Shown piece by piece: positions 1 through 10,044 of a stretch of DNA of 64,000 nucleotides. The stretch is from Escherichia coli O157:H7 (lineage in GTDB: Bacteria > Pseudomonadota > Gammaproteobacteria > Enterobacterales > Enterobacteriaceae): the NCBI RefSeq assembly GCF_013167455.1, contig NZ_CP038328.1, one strand, 5' to 3'. The notes beneath the pieces were generated by a model that was given only the letters and a program-made list of their open reading frames with translations, searched no databases and had not been told where the DNA came from. Within the stretch, counting starts at the first letter, position 1. Each line of letters starts with the position of its first letter. Both the position numbers and the translations under genes were made by a program.

Positions 1-298
1 ATGCGGCGATAGCTTCAGCGACTTTTCCAGTCGGTTCGCCACCGGCGTTCGGTGCCAGGCAGTTCCAGTAGAAAGTATGGTTCCAGACCTGAGCTGCGTT
101 GTTGAATACGCCACCTTCAGAGCTGCGAATAATCTCTTCCAGTGATTTACCTTCAAACGCGGTACCTTTAATCAGGTTGTTCAGGTTAGTGACATAAGTC
201 TGATGATGCTTGCCGTAGTGATACTCGATAGTTTCCGCAGAAATGTGCGGTGCCAGAGCATCTTTAGCATATGGTAGTGCAGGTAATTCGAATGACAT
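1..298 (-). CDS. sodB: Fe superoxide dismutase SodB, N-terminal part (gene runs off window start)
   Basis: Reverse-complement of 286-298 reads ATG TCA TTC GAA TTA CCT GCA CTA CCA TAT GCT AAA GAT GCT = [20 protein letters not shown]-type SD just upstream (299-312 complement). Recalled as SodB N-terminus. Confidence 0.9.
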   Translation of the reverse strand, partial: MSFELPALPYAKDALAPHISAETIEYHYGKHHQTYVTNLNNLIKGTAFEGKSLEEIIRSSEGGVFNNAAQVWNHTFYWNCLAPNAGGEPTGKVAEAIAA

Positions 299-379
299 TG
301 CTACTCTCCTTTATTATTAATTTGCATACGTACAATAGCCTTATTGTGCGTATGGATAGGGTAGCAAATTAAAAGGTGA

Positions 380-420
380 GACAAAAGATGAACTTACCCT
401 GTTGCCGTAACAACAGGGTA
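380..420 (-). terminator. Rho-independent terminator downstream of mepH/ydhO
   Basis: Inverted repeat TACCCTGTTG / CAACAGGGTA (395-420, 6-nt loop) followed on the minus strand by TCTTTTGT. Confidence 0.6.
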
Positions 421-425
421 AAGTT

Positions 426-1241
426 TTAGCGAAGTGTTTTTGGGGTCATTACCCGGCGAGCGCCAACATAGTGGCGCTGCCAGTAGTCTTCACTGAGAGA
501 AGTGATTTGAATTTCCTGACCTGTGCGCGGTGACTGAATAAATTTGCCGTTGCCGACATACACGCCGACATGATCGGCTGTACCGCGTCCCTGAGTACGG
601 AAAAAGACCAGGTCGCCGTTTTTCAGTTCACTACGTTCGATTGGCGCTGCATCGCGCAGGTGATACATTTCATTCGCCGTACGCGGAATACGAATTTTCA
701 CCAAATCTTTATAAGCGTAATAAACCAGGCCGCTGCAATCAAAACCGGTACGCGGTGAGCTGCCACCCCAACGATATGGCTTACCAATTTGCTGCATCAG
801 TTTATTCATTGCCACTTTTGTGGCTTTTTGCACCTTCGCTTTGTGTGCGTCGGCAAGGGTTCCTGACGCTGCATTTTTGACTTTCACACAATGCGATTTA
901 TAGCCCTTACGTTTGGTACACTTTTCGGTAAAGCTGGCTGAGGCCGTTTTATTGACGGTATGTTTGCTGCGAGTTTTGGCGTTTTTAGAAGCGGTAATGG
1001 AAGATTTTTTAACGGAAGAAGCGGTTTTGCTTTTGGTCGTACTTTTACTGGCGGCTTTTTTCGCTGTTTTCTGGGTCTTTTTGGTGGTTGCCGTGCTTTT
1101 CTTTTTATCTGCTTTTTTGGTGATATGAGTGGTAGCAGAACTCTCCCTGGCTTGCTTTGAAGCATGGGCCATAGGCGTTAAAGGCAGGGTGGTAAAAAGT
1201 AAAGCACAGAGCGTGATCGAAATACGGTTTATCCGCGCCAC
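426..1241 (-). CDS. mepH: NlpC/P60-family peptidoglycan endopeptidase MepH (YdhO), 271 aa
   Basis: ORF track 271 aa; signal peptide, Lys/Thr/Ser-rich linker, C-terminal NlpC/P60 motifs (FDCSGL ... DHVGVY). Confidence 0.85.
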   Translation of the reverse strand: MARINRISITLCALLFTTLPLTPMAHASKQARESSATTHITKKADKKKSTATTKKTQKTAKKAASKSTTKSKTASSVKKSSITASKNAKTRSKHTVNKTASASFTEKCTKRKGYKSHCVKVKNAASGTLADAHKAKVQKATKVAMNKLMQQIGKPYRWGGSSPRTGFDCSGLVYYAYKDLVKIRIPRTANEMYHLRDAAPIERSELKNGDLVFFRTQGRGTADHVGVYVGNGKFIQSPRTGQEIQITSLSEDYWQRHYVGARRVMTPKTLR

Positions 1242-1575
1242 TGAGCGTCCCTCTGTTAAGGCAGGTCTATCATGCCTGCGTCTGATTTACAAAACTTGAT
1301 GATTCTAATGCATAGAAGAAGAGAAAGTTAATAGCTTTTATTGTTAAAAAATACGTTTCGTTGGCGAGCGCAAAAAAATGCAGCAGTGAAAGCTAAAAAT
1401 GGTCATAAATACGCCAGTTTGCCGTGCATCAGGGAAGAAACGAATATTTGAAATGCAACAAATAGAGCAAAGGGATAAAATAGCAAAAGCGTGATGAAAA
1501 TGTTATTTTCCGATGCCGCACTGACCCGCTACAATGTCAGATTACTGCCGTAAAGAAGTTTGAGGAAGCAAGACA

Positions 1576-1923
1576 ATGAGCACCACTATCGAAAAAATCC
1601 AACGCCAGATTGCTGAAAACCCGATCCTGCTGTACATGAAAGGTTCACCGAAACTGCCGAGCTGCGGTTTCTCTGCCCAGGCAGTCCAGGCGCTTGCCGC
1701 ATGTGGCGAACGTTTTGCCTATGTTGATATTCTGCAGAATCCGGACATTCGTGCGGAGCTGCCGAAATATGCTAACTGGCCGACCTTCCCGCAACTGTGG
1801 GTTGACGGCGAGCTGGTAGGCGGTTGTGATATCGTGATCGAAATGTATCAGCGTGGCGAACTGCAGCAGCTGATCAAAGAAACTGCCGCTAAATACAAGT
1901 CTGAAGAGCCGGACGCGGAATAA
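1576..1923 (+). CDS. grxD: Monothiol glutaredoxin GrxD (YdhD), 115 aa
   Basis: ORF track 115 aa with CGFS active-site motif (SPKLPSCGFSAQ); SD GAGGAAG upstream. Confidence 0.9.
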   Translation: MSTTIEKIQRQIAENPILLYMKGSPKLPSCGFSAQAVQALAACGERFAYVDILQNPDIRAELPKYANWPTFPQLWVDGELVGGCDIVIEMYQRGELQQLIKETAAKYKSEEPDAE

Positions 1924-1937
1924 TCCGTCCTGCAATA

Positions 1938-1975
1938 CTGACGGATGCGAACGGGCATCCGTCAGTCCTTTCTCT
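1938..1975 (+). terminator. Terminator hairpin between convergent grxD and lhr
   Basis: Perfect 11-bp stem CTGACGGATGC / GCATCCGTCAG with 6-nt loop, followed by TCCTTTCTCT. Confidence 0.65.
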
Positions 1976-4900
1976 ATCCCCAATCCAGCCCTTGTGGCGA
2001 ACTTGAAAATCCCGCTTCACGCAGCAGCGTAAACATCGGCGTTTGCCAGACCGGTAGATCATTCACTTCTGTTAGCGTAAAGCGCAGCCGTGGTTCGCGA
2101 CGCAGTGCGGTAGTCAGCGCGTGGAAAACCTCTGGGGCGAGTAATTCCTCTTTTTCCTGCCAGACCAGCATTTTTTTGCCACCTTGCGCCAGATAGAGTA
2201 ACAATTTGCCGCCAGAAACGACCACCAGCGCACCCGCCCGACGCGTTGGTACCAGCGTTGCCGGATGTGCAGGCCAGGGCAGAAGATTTCCCCACACATT
2301 AGCCGGATCGTTGGCGGAGAGCGCCACTGGTGTATAGTGGCGCGTTTGCGCGGCTTGTGTCGCCAGGTCGCGCAAGCGGTCAATAGTCAGACGTTCAGCG
2401 AATTGCGCGCCACCCAGACCTTCTACAAAACGACCTCGCATAATTCGCCCGGAATCTTCCATACTTCGACAAAGCGTTTGCATCGATGGAAACCCGCCAG
2501 GGATATTTTCGGCTATCACCGCCTGACGACTGATGATGCCGTAGCGGTCGAGCATATTTTCCGCCAGCGCCAGCATCCTTTCGGTATCGTTTAGTGGCTC
2601 CACCTGCAATAACGACCAGCGTCCAGCCAGATTTGGTGTGTTGTAAGATACCCGCGGCGAGACGGGTTGTGCATAGACAGGACGCCCACGACGAGCCCGG
2701 TGACTGCGGCGAGTTGAGGTGCGTGCGTTGGAACTGCTGCGGGTGAGGGCGCGTAACGGTGCCCAAATATCGCTGGTGATGACGCCTTGCCAGACCAGCG
2801 CCCATAACGCCTCTTGCAGTGCCGAGGGATCAACCGATTCGCCGATTTTGTCGCGTATCCGTTGGCTGATTTGTTGTGCAAACCAGGCTCCTCCGTCAGC
2901 CAGAACAGCGACTATCGCTTGTTGCAGCGCCGAACGATTCGCCTGATCCGCTTCGGCGGGAGTGAACGATTCTGCAGCATATTCCTGTAGATGCAGTGCC
3001 ACCAGGCCGTCATCTTCACCCAGTTTTTTTTGCCCCGACCAGATAACCGCACCGGTTGCCAGTAATTCATCGAGCACTTCTGGCGAATAGTCGTGTACGC
3101 GGGCAGGCAAGATCTGGCTTTCCCAGAGTGAGGCGGGTAAGCCGACTCCGGCAAGCTGTTCGATCACCCGCATCACGCCATCCACCCCCTCATAAACGCC
3201 TGGCGATGTTGAGGCAAAGAGCGCCGGGCTACCATCGGTGGCGGGTAATACGCCCTGACGTTCCAGCAGCAATCGCGCATAGGTCGTGGCTGCAACGGGA
3301 CGCGTCGCTTCTCTGGCGGCTTGCAGCGAGCGCAAACGCAGACGACGAAATACTTCATCGCTCACCCAGATGTCTTGTTGCAGATTCATCACCAGACCCT
3401 GTTCGCGCAGTTGCTGAAGCTGCTCTTCGACAATGGCAATACCGAGACTAAACTCATGAGCCAGTTGTTCAGCCGTGACCAGAGCATGAGCCCGGAGATA
3501 GCGTAGAAAGAGGTCGCGAAGCGGGTAACTGACTCTATGCAAATAAATCTCTGGCAGTGACTCTGGTAATCGTACGCCGAGGGCATCGCGCAGCCTGGCG
3601 GCATCATCCATACAGGCAAGACGCTCCTGTCCACTAATCATCGTCGGGAAGATGCGTTTTACTGTAAGAAGATTTTCCAGATACGAGGCAATCTCTTCAC
3701 TGCTGCCTGTATGCCGTTGCGCCAGGTCTTCAACGGTCATTGGCCCCAGTTCGCGCAGCAGGTCGAACAATCCTTCTTCACCTTTCGCTCTTCTGCCAGG
3801 AGCCAGTCGTTGCAACTCTTCTTCCACCTGGCGAATGACCTGCGGGTCGAGTAATTCCCCCGGATCGACCTGTCCGAGTAGATTGCGCAGTAACTCGCTG
3901 TCCAGCGACAGTACGGATGCCCGGCGTTCTGCCAGCGGGGCGTCGCTCTGGTACATAAATTCCGCGACATAGCCGAACAATAAACTTGTGGCGAAAGGCG
4001 AGGGCGTAGTAGTCGTTACATCGGATATTTGAATTTCGCCTCCGTTCAGGCGACGCATCAAACGTTCCAGTGCGGGAAGATCATAAACATCTTGCAGACA
4101 TTCGCGTAGGGTTTCGAGAATGGCCGGAAAATCCGGATATCCCTGAGCGATTTCCAGCAACTGACTGGCGCGCAGCCGTTGTTGCCAAAGCGGGGTGCGA
4201 TGGCCCGGCGTGCGGCCCGGCATTAATAATGCCCGCGCGGCGCATTCGCGAAAACGGGCGGCGAAAAGTGCCGAACTGCCTACCGCCTCGCGGACAATTT
4301 GCAGCAACTTTTCTGGTTCAAACAAAAAAATCGCGGCGTCGGGCAATTTACCATCAGTGTCAGGAATGCGCGCAACAATGCCGTCATCACTGGCGACCAC
4401 AGACGCGTCAGCGCCCCAAAGCGCATGTATTCGCCCGGCAATCGCCAGCGCCCAGGGTTCATGCACCCGTCTTCCATAGGGAGAGTGCAAAATAATACGC
4501 CAATCGCCAATTTCATCACGGCACCGTTCGAGGACCAGATGACGACTCCCCGGAACAATACCCGTCGCGTTGCGCTGCTCGTCAATCAACCCCTGAATAT
4601 TGGCGATCGTATTTTCTTCAGCCAGCCACGGGGGAATAGTCCCGGAAAAGAACGCTCCATCCGCCAGCAAATGAAGAAAATCGCCGATCATCTCGCCTAA
4701 TTCAGCCGGACGTCCGTTACCTTCACCACGCCAGAAGGGGAGCCGGGCAGAACGACCCGGAGCAGGAGTCACAATCACCTGATCGCGGGTGATTTGCTGG
4801 ATCCGCCATGAGGTTGCGCCGAGAGTGATAATATCGTTCACCCGCGACTCATATACCATCTCCTCATCCAGTTCACCCACCCGTCGCGAACCGGCCTGTT

Positions 4901-6590
4901 CTTCCCCTTCGGGTAATAACACGCTATACATGCCACGATCCGGAATGGTGCCGCCGCTGGTAACCGCCAACAGCTGAGCGCCAGGTCGGGCGGTCAATAT
5001 CCCGGTCTCCCTGTTCCAGACCAGTTTGGGGCGAAAAGCAGAAAAATCGCCAGAGGGATAGCGTCCGGAAAGCATATCCAGCGTGGCGTCAAAAACACGT
5101 CTTGGCAGATCTTTCCACGGTGCGGCACGGCGTACGCGGGAGTACCATTCGTCTACCTGTAATGCATCCATCGCCGCGGCGGCAACGGTGTGCTGCGCAA
5201 GGACGTCGAGTGGATTATGCGGAGGTGTCAGGTTTTCCAGCCTGCCTGCGAACATACACTCTACAATGACTGCGGAATCGACTAAGTCACGCCTGGTTCG
5301 GGGGAAAAAAAGCCCTTTGGAGATACCTCCTATCTGGTGTCCGGCACGTCCAATGCGTTGTAACCCACTGGCAACAGAAAGCGGCGTTGCCACCTGAATC
5401 ACCAGCTCCACAGCGCCCATATCAATCCCCAGTTCGAGACTGGAAGTTGCGACCACGCAGCGTAACTCACCCGATTTCAGCGCCTGCTCGGTGATTGCTC
5501 GTTGTTCTTTAGAGACGGAGCCGTGGTGTGAGCGGGCAATAAAAACGTCGCTACTTTGTACACGGTTAGAGGTTGCGCCAGAGGTCGACTCGAAATGGGC
5601 CGCATCAGCGGCGATAGACGGGGAACGCTGTAAGCGTGCGGCGTAAAGCTCATTTAATCGTGCCGTCAGTTTTTCCGCCAGCCCCCGCGAATTAGTAAAG
5701 ACAATGGTCGAGCGATGGCGCAACACTTCATCAAGGATACCCGTTTCAATATATGGCCAGATGGAGCCTTCCCGGCCGGCATGGCTGTCTTCGCCAGTGC
5801 CGCTGGCGACCGATGAGACATCATCCATATTGGCGACTGGTACGACAATCCGTATCTGCGGATGACGCATTGCGGGCGGGTTGACTACCGTAACCGGGCG
5901 ATCGCCACCAAGAAATGCTGCCACATCGCTGGCTGAGCGCACAGTGGCAGAAAGGCCAATTCGCTGTGCTGAGGTGTGGAGCAGCGCATCGAGCCGCTCC
6001 AGACTTAACGCCAGATGCGCACCACGTTTACTTCCCGCTACCGCGTGGACTTCATCAATAATTACCGTTTCGACGCCGCGTAGCGTTTCGCGCGCGCGGG
6101 AGGTCAGCATCAGATAGAGTGATTCGGGTGTGGTGATCAGAATATCCGGCGGATTACGGGTGAGTTTGCTGCGTTCCTGTGCAGGCGTATCGCCAGTACG
6201 GATCCCCACGCGAAGATTGACTTCCGTTTCGCCGCGCCGCCGCCGTTCATCGGCAATACCCTTCAACGGGATCTGCAAGTTGCGCTGAACGTCGGTGCCC
6301 AGGGCTTTTATCGGTGAAATATAGAGGATGCGTGAGGTTTTACGTTTATGCGCCTCGCGGGTATCTTCGCCGCCTTCGCGGAAGAGTCGATCGAGGGCGT
6401 AGAGAAATGCTGCCAGCGTTTTCCCGGAGCCAGTCGGTGCAATCACCAGCGCATGTTCGCCTCGCGCCGCCACATGCCAGGTTTGCGACTGGACAGCGGT
6501 CGGCTGTTTAAAGGCGCGAAGAAACCAGTCGCGGGTCGCCGGTGAAAACACGTCCGGCAGGGGCGATGAAGGGTTTGGATTATCTGCCAT
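1974..6590 (-). CDS. lhr: ATP-dependent helicase Lhr (large helicase-related protein), 1538 aa
   Basis: ORF track 1538 aa; Walker A (APTGSGKT) and DEVH motifs near N-terminus; length matches recalled E. coli Lhr. Confidence 0.9.
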   Translation of the reverse strand: MADNPNPSSPLPDVFSPATRDWFLRAFKQPTAVQSQTWHVAARGEHALVIAPTGSGKTLAAFLYALDRLFREGGEDTREAHKRKTSRILYISPIKALGTDVQRNLQIPLKGIADERRRRGETEVNLRVGIRTGDTPAQERSKLTRNPPDILITTPESLYLMLTSRARETLRGVETVIIDEVHAVAGSKRGAHLALSLERLDALLHTSAQRIGLSATVRSASDVAAFLGGDRPVTVVNPPAMRHPQIRIVVPVANMDDVSSVASGTGEDSHAGREGSIWPYIETGILDEVLRHRSTIVFTNSRGLAEKLTARLNELYAARLQRSPSIAADAAHFESTSGATSNRVQSSDVFIARSHHGSVSKEQRAITEQALKSGELRCVVATSSLELGIDMGAVELVIQVATPLSVASGLQRIGRAGHQIGGISKGLFFPRTRRDLVDSAVIVECMFAGRLENLTPPHNPLDVLAQHTVAAAAMDALQVDEWYSRVRRAAPWKDLPRRVFDATLDMLSGRYPSGDFSAFRPKLVWNRETGILTARPGAQLLAVTSGGTIPDRGMYSVLLPEGEEQAGSRRVGELDEEMVYESRVNDIITLGATSWRIQQITRDQVIVTPAPGRSARLPFWRGEGNGRPAELGEMIGDFLHLLADGAFFSGTIPPWLAEENTIANIQGLIDEQRNATGIVPGSRHLVLERCRDEIGDWRIILHSPYGRRVHEPWALAIAGRIHALWGADASVVASDDGIVARIPDTDGKLPDAAIFLFEPEKLLQIVREAVGSSALFAARFRECAARALLMPGRTPGHRTPLWQQRLRASQLLEIAQGYPDFPAILETLRECLQDVYDLPALERLMRRLNGGEIQISDVTTTTPSPFATSLLFGYVAEFMYQSDAPLAERRASVLSLDSELLRNLLGQVDPGELLDPQVIRQVEEELQRLAPGRRAKGEEGLFDLLRELGPMTVEDLAQRHTGSSEEIASYLENLLTVKRIFPTMISGQERLACMDDAARLRDALGVRLPESLPEIYLHRVSYPLRDLFLRYLRAHALVTAEQLAHEFSLGIAIVEEQLQQLREQGLVMNLQQDIWVSDEVFRRLRLRSLQAAREATRPVAATTYARLLLERQGVLPATDGSPALFASTSPGVYEGVDGVMRVIEQLAGVGLPASLWESQILPARVHDYSPEVLDELLATGAVIWSGQKKLGEDDGLVALHLQEYAAESFTPAEADQANRSALQQAIVAVLADGGAWFAQQISQRIRDKIGESVDPSALQEALWALVWQGVITSDIWAPLRALTRSSSNARTSTRRSHRARRGRPVYAQPVSPRVSYNTPNLAGRWSLLQVEPLNDTERMLALAENMLDRYGIISRQAVIAENIPGGFPSMQTLCRSMEDSGRIMRGRFVEGLGGAQFAERLTIDRLRDLATQAAQTRHYTPVALSANDPANVWGNLLPWPAHPATLVPTRRAGALVVVSGGKLLLYLAQGGKKMLVWQEKEELLAPEVFHALTTALRREPRLRFTLTEVNDLPVWQTPMFTLLREAGFSSSPQGLDWG

Positions 6591-6682
6591 TAACGCTATT
6601 CCCCGTGAATATCATGCATGATGCGTGGAATAGCCTCACTATAGATGCCTGAATCATTGCATGTCATCAGGCATCGACTCGA

Positions 6683-7330
6683 TTACACCTCTTCGGCGGC
6701 AGGTAGCGGCCAGCCTCCCAGACGTTTCCAGCGGTTGACGATTTCACAAAACAGCACCGCAGTGCGTTCGGTGTCGTACAGCGCGGAGTGCGCCTGGGTG
6801 CTGTCGAAGTCCATGCCAGCGGTCTGGCAAGCCTTTGACAATACGGTTTGTCCGAGTGCCAGCCCGGCCAGTGCAGCAGTGTCAAAAGTGGCGAAAGGGT
6901 GGAACGGGTTACGTTTCAGTGAGGCGCGTTCTGCGGCGGCCATCATAAAGCTGTGATCGAAATTGGCGTTGTGCGCCACCATAATGGCGCGGTTACAGCC
7001 GCTCGCTTTAATACCTTTACGTACAACTTTAAAAATTTCGTGCAGCGCCTCGTATTCGCTGACCGCGCCGCGATCGGGATCGTTCGGGTCAATGCCGTTG
7101 AAAGCAAGGGCTTCTGGTTGCAAATTTGCGCCGACAAATGGTTCGACGTGGAAATGTAATGTGGTGTCCGGCATCAGCCAGCCTTGTTCATCCATTTTCA
7201 GGGTGATGGCGGCAATCTCAAGCAGCGCATCGGTTTTGGCGTTAAATCCAGCTGTTTCAACATCGATCACAACAGGATAAAAGCCACGAAAACGGTCGCA
7301 CAGACCGGTAAGTTGAGCGTTATCGGACAT
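6683..7330 (-). CDS. rnt: Ribonuclease T (DEDDh 3'-5' exoribonuclease), 215 aa
   Basis: ORF track 215 aa; DEDD exonuclease motifs (VVIDVETAG). Confidence 0.9.
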
Positions 7331-7432
7331 CTGATTCTCTTAATACGGATAAATTGCAGCGCGCATTATGACAAATATTACTTGTCGATGCAGTAAAGAT
7401 GCGGGCGCGATGAGTTCGCGCCCGGCAGGAGA

Positions 7433-7840
7433 TTAGTTGCCCAGACCGCGACCGGCGTCTTTCTCTTCGATTAACTCAATTTTGTAACCGTCCGGATCTT
7501 CCACAAACGCGATAACCGTAGTACCGCCTTTTACCGGACCCGCTTCACGGGTCACGTTACCCCCGTTTTGACGGATTTTTTCGCACGCTTCAGCGGCATT
7601 ATCTACGCTAAGCGCGATGTGACCATAAGCAGTGCCGAGTTCGTATTTATCCACGCCCCAGTTGTAGGTCAGTTCAATCACCGCTTCTTCGGTTTCCGGG
7701 CCGTAGCCAACAAACGCCAGTGAGTATTTGTATTCCGGGTTTTCGCTGGTACGCAGCAGTTTCATGCCCAGCACTTTGGTATAAAAATCGATGGAGCGTT
7801 GCAGATCGCCAACGCGCAGCATGGTATGAAGAAGACGCAT
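7433..7840 (-). CDS. gloA: Glyoxalase I (lactoylglutathione lyase), 135 aa
   Basis: ORF track 135 aa ([21 protein letters not shown]...), VOC fold. Confidence 0.9.
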
Positions 7841-7920
7841 CTTTTTATCCTCAAAATGGCTAACAGATTCAAAATGTTGTTTTAGTATAGCGGCGGCTTT
7901 ACGCCGCTCGCAATGTTGGA

Positions 7921-9018
7921 TTACAACGTCGGGTAATCAGTGTAGCCTTCCGCACCGCCACCATAGAAACTTTCAGCACGCTGTGGGTTAAGCTCAGCTT
8001 TGCGCTGCAAGCGGGCGACCAGATCCGGGTTCGCAATCCAGTCACGACCAAATGCCACCGCATCAATTAACCCTTTGCCGATCAGCGTTTCAGCTTTTTC
8101 TACTGTGTATGCACCTGCGCCGATAATCGGACCGTGGAAACGGGCGCGTACTTTTTCGCGGAACGCATCAGTATACGGTTCACCCCCCGCCCAATCTGGT
8201 TCTGACATATGCAGATAAGCAATGCCGCGTTTACCCAGTTGTTCAATCAGATACAGTGCATCGGCTTCTTCATTCGGGCCGTTATCCGTGTTCTGGAAAG
8301 TACCGATTGGCGAAACGCGAATGCCAATGCGATCGGCACCCCATTCTTCAATCCCGGCATCGACCACTTCCAGTACCAAACGTGCGCGATTTTCCACGCT
8401 GCCGCCGTACTGATCGGTACGATGGTTTGAAGAAGGAGAAAGGAACTGATGCAGCAAATAACCATGAGCAGAGTGGAGCTCTACCAGATCAAAACCGGCT
8501 TCACGCGCGTTAGCAATAGCCTGACGGAAATCATTGACGATACTTGGAATCTCTTCCAGTTCAAGCGCACGCGGCATGGATGTTTCAACACGGATCGCCT
8601 GACCATTTTCATCGCGCAGAGAAGTACGTGTTCCCGCGCTAAGTGCTGAAGGCGCTACTGGTGCCTGGCCGCCAGGTTGCAGGCTGGCGTGAGAAATGCG
8701 TCCGGTGTGCCACAGCTGTACGGCCATATGCCCATTTTCAGCATGAACGCCAGCGGTAATTTTTTTCCATGCGGCAATTTGTTCCGGACTATGGATGCCA
8801 GGTGCACCAGCATACCCTTTTGCCTGGGCAGAAATTTGCGTGGCTTCGCTAATAATCAAACCGGCACTGGCACGTTGGCGATAGTATTCCGCCATCAACG
8901 GGGTAGGGATGTCACCCGGTTCAATACTGCGCAGACGCGTCAGCGGTGCCATAAAAATACGGTTTGCCGCAGTTATTGCGCCCACTTTCAGTGGGGAATA
9001 CAGTTTTTCAGATGACAT
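7921..9018 (-). CDS. nemA: N-ethylmaleimide reductase NemA (Old Yellow Enzyme family), 365 aa
   Basis: ORF track 365 aa; OYE/TIM-barrel flavin reductase sequence. Confidence 0.9.
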
Positions 9019-9054
9019 AAAGGCTCCCGGTCGTCTGGTGATAAAAAATGCCTG

Positions 9055-9654
9055 CTAAACGGCAGGCGTCGCAATAATGGTTTTTACATGTGCCAGCGCG
9101 TTTTCCAGTGGCTCGGAATTGCGCGAAATTTTGGCCTGCAGATTCGCACCCAGCCATAGTGCGTAAAGCACTTGTGCCTGTTGCAGCGGTTCGCCACAAA
9201 AGGTTAAACAATGGCTATCACGGCCATTTTCCAGAGCCTGCGAGAGCAGGGCGATCACGCCGCGAGCGCCTTTATCCATCGCGCTACGCATATCTTCTGA
9301 CAGATCGCACACTTCGGCAGAGAGTTTTACTGTCAGGCAACCACTGATGGTTCCATGTTGGCAAAACTGGTTCAGTGTTTGCTGGTAATAAGCCAGTATG
9401 CGGTCGCGGTAGTTACCTTCGCCGGATTGCAGCAACTCAGTCAGTCGTTGGTGATATGTGGCGTAATGGCGCTCAAGCATGGCAACGCCAAACGCTTCTT
9501 TAGAGCGAAAGTAGTGATAGAAGGACCCTTTCGGCACTTCAGCGGTTTTTAGTAATTCGCTTAGCCCCATCCCGGTGAATCCACGTTGCAGGCAAAGTTG
9601 CTCGCCCGTCGCCAGGAGATGTTCGCGAGTATCATGTTCGGTGTGTTTGTTCAT
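9055..9654 (-). CDS. nemR: TetR-family repressor NemR, 199 aa
   Basis: ORF track 199 aa; N-terminal TetR HTH; immediately upstream of nemA and gloA on the same strand. Confidence 0.9.
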   Translation of the reverse strand: MNKHTEHDTREHLLATGEQLCLQRGFTGMGLSELLKTAEVPKGSFYHYFRSKEAFGVAMLERHYATYHQRLTELLQSGEGNYRDRILAYYQQTLNQFCQHGTISGCLTVKLSAEVCDLSEDMRSAMDKGARGVIALLSQALENGRDSHCLTFCGEPLQQAQVLYALWLGANLQAKISRNSEPLENALAHVKTIIATPAV

Positions 9655-9668
9655 GCGTTGGAGTGTAG

Positions 9669-9684
9669 TAGACCAGTCGGTCTA
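9669..9684. promoter_or_regulatory. NemR operator (NemR box) in nemR promoter
   Basis: Palindrome TAGACC-AGTC-GGTCTA 15 bp upstream of nemR start; matches recalled NemR box. A second 6-N4-6 palindrome CAAAGT-TGCT-ACTTTG lies at 9692-9707. Confidence 0.6.
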
Positions 9685-9756
9685 GTGCAAGCAAAGTTGC
9701 TACTTTGGGCATTAACAGCTTCAATAATGGTAATAATCTTATTTGAGGAGGGCGAA

Positions 9757-9996
9757 GTGGCGGAGCAATTAGAGTTCTTTCCCGTCCAGAGCCCGTGCCG
9801 GGGAATTTGCCAGTCTGACGAACGCGGGTTTTGTCGCGGCTGTTTTCGAAGCCGGGATGAGCGTTTTAACTGGAATAAAATGAGCGATGGCGAAAAACAA
9901 GAGGTGCTGCGCCTTTGTCGGCAGCGATTAATGCGCAAATTACGTGCAAATAAGCCAGCGTCATCAGACGAACCGGAGCAACCATCACTCTTTTGA
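9757..9996 (+). CDS. ydhL: DUF1289 small Cys-rich protein YdhL, 79 aa (GTG start)
   Basis: GTG at 9757 preceded by GAGGAG (9745-9750); translation VAEQLEFFPVQSPCRGICQSDERGFCRGCFRSRDERFNW... The ORF-track call from 9586 is an upstream in-frame extension lacking an SD. Confidence 0.75.
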   Translation: MAEQLEFFPVQSPCRGICQSDERGFCRGCFRSRDERFNWNKMSDGEKQEVLRLCRQRLMRKLRANKPASSDEPEQPSLF

Positions 9997-10044
9997 GCCT
10001 AATCTTGCGTATACTCCTCTCATATCTGATAAGAGGAAGCGATT

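Noticed and set aside
2059-6511. Numerous 60-140-aa ORFs on both strands inside lhr
   Set aside because: All are nested within or antisense to the 4.6-kb lhr gene and have Arg/Ala/Ser-rich translations typical of GC-rich out-of-frame reading; lhr itself is well supported.
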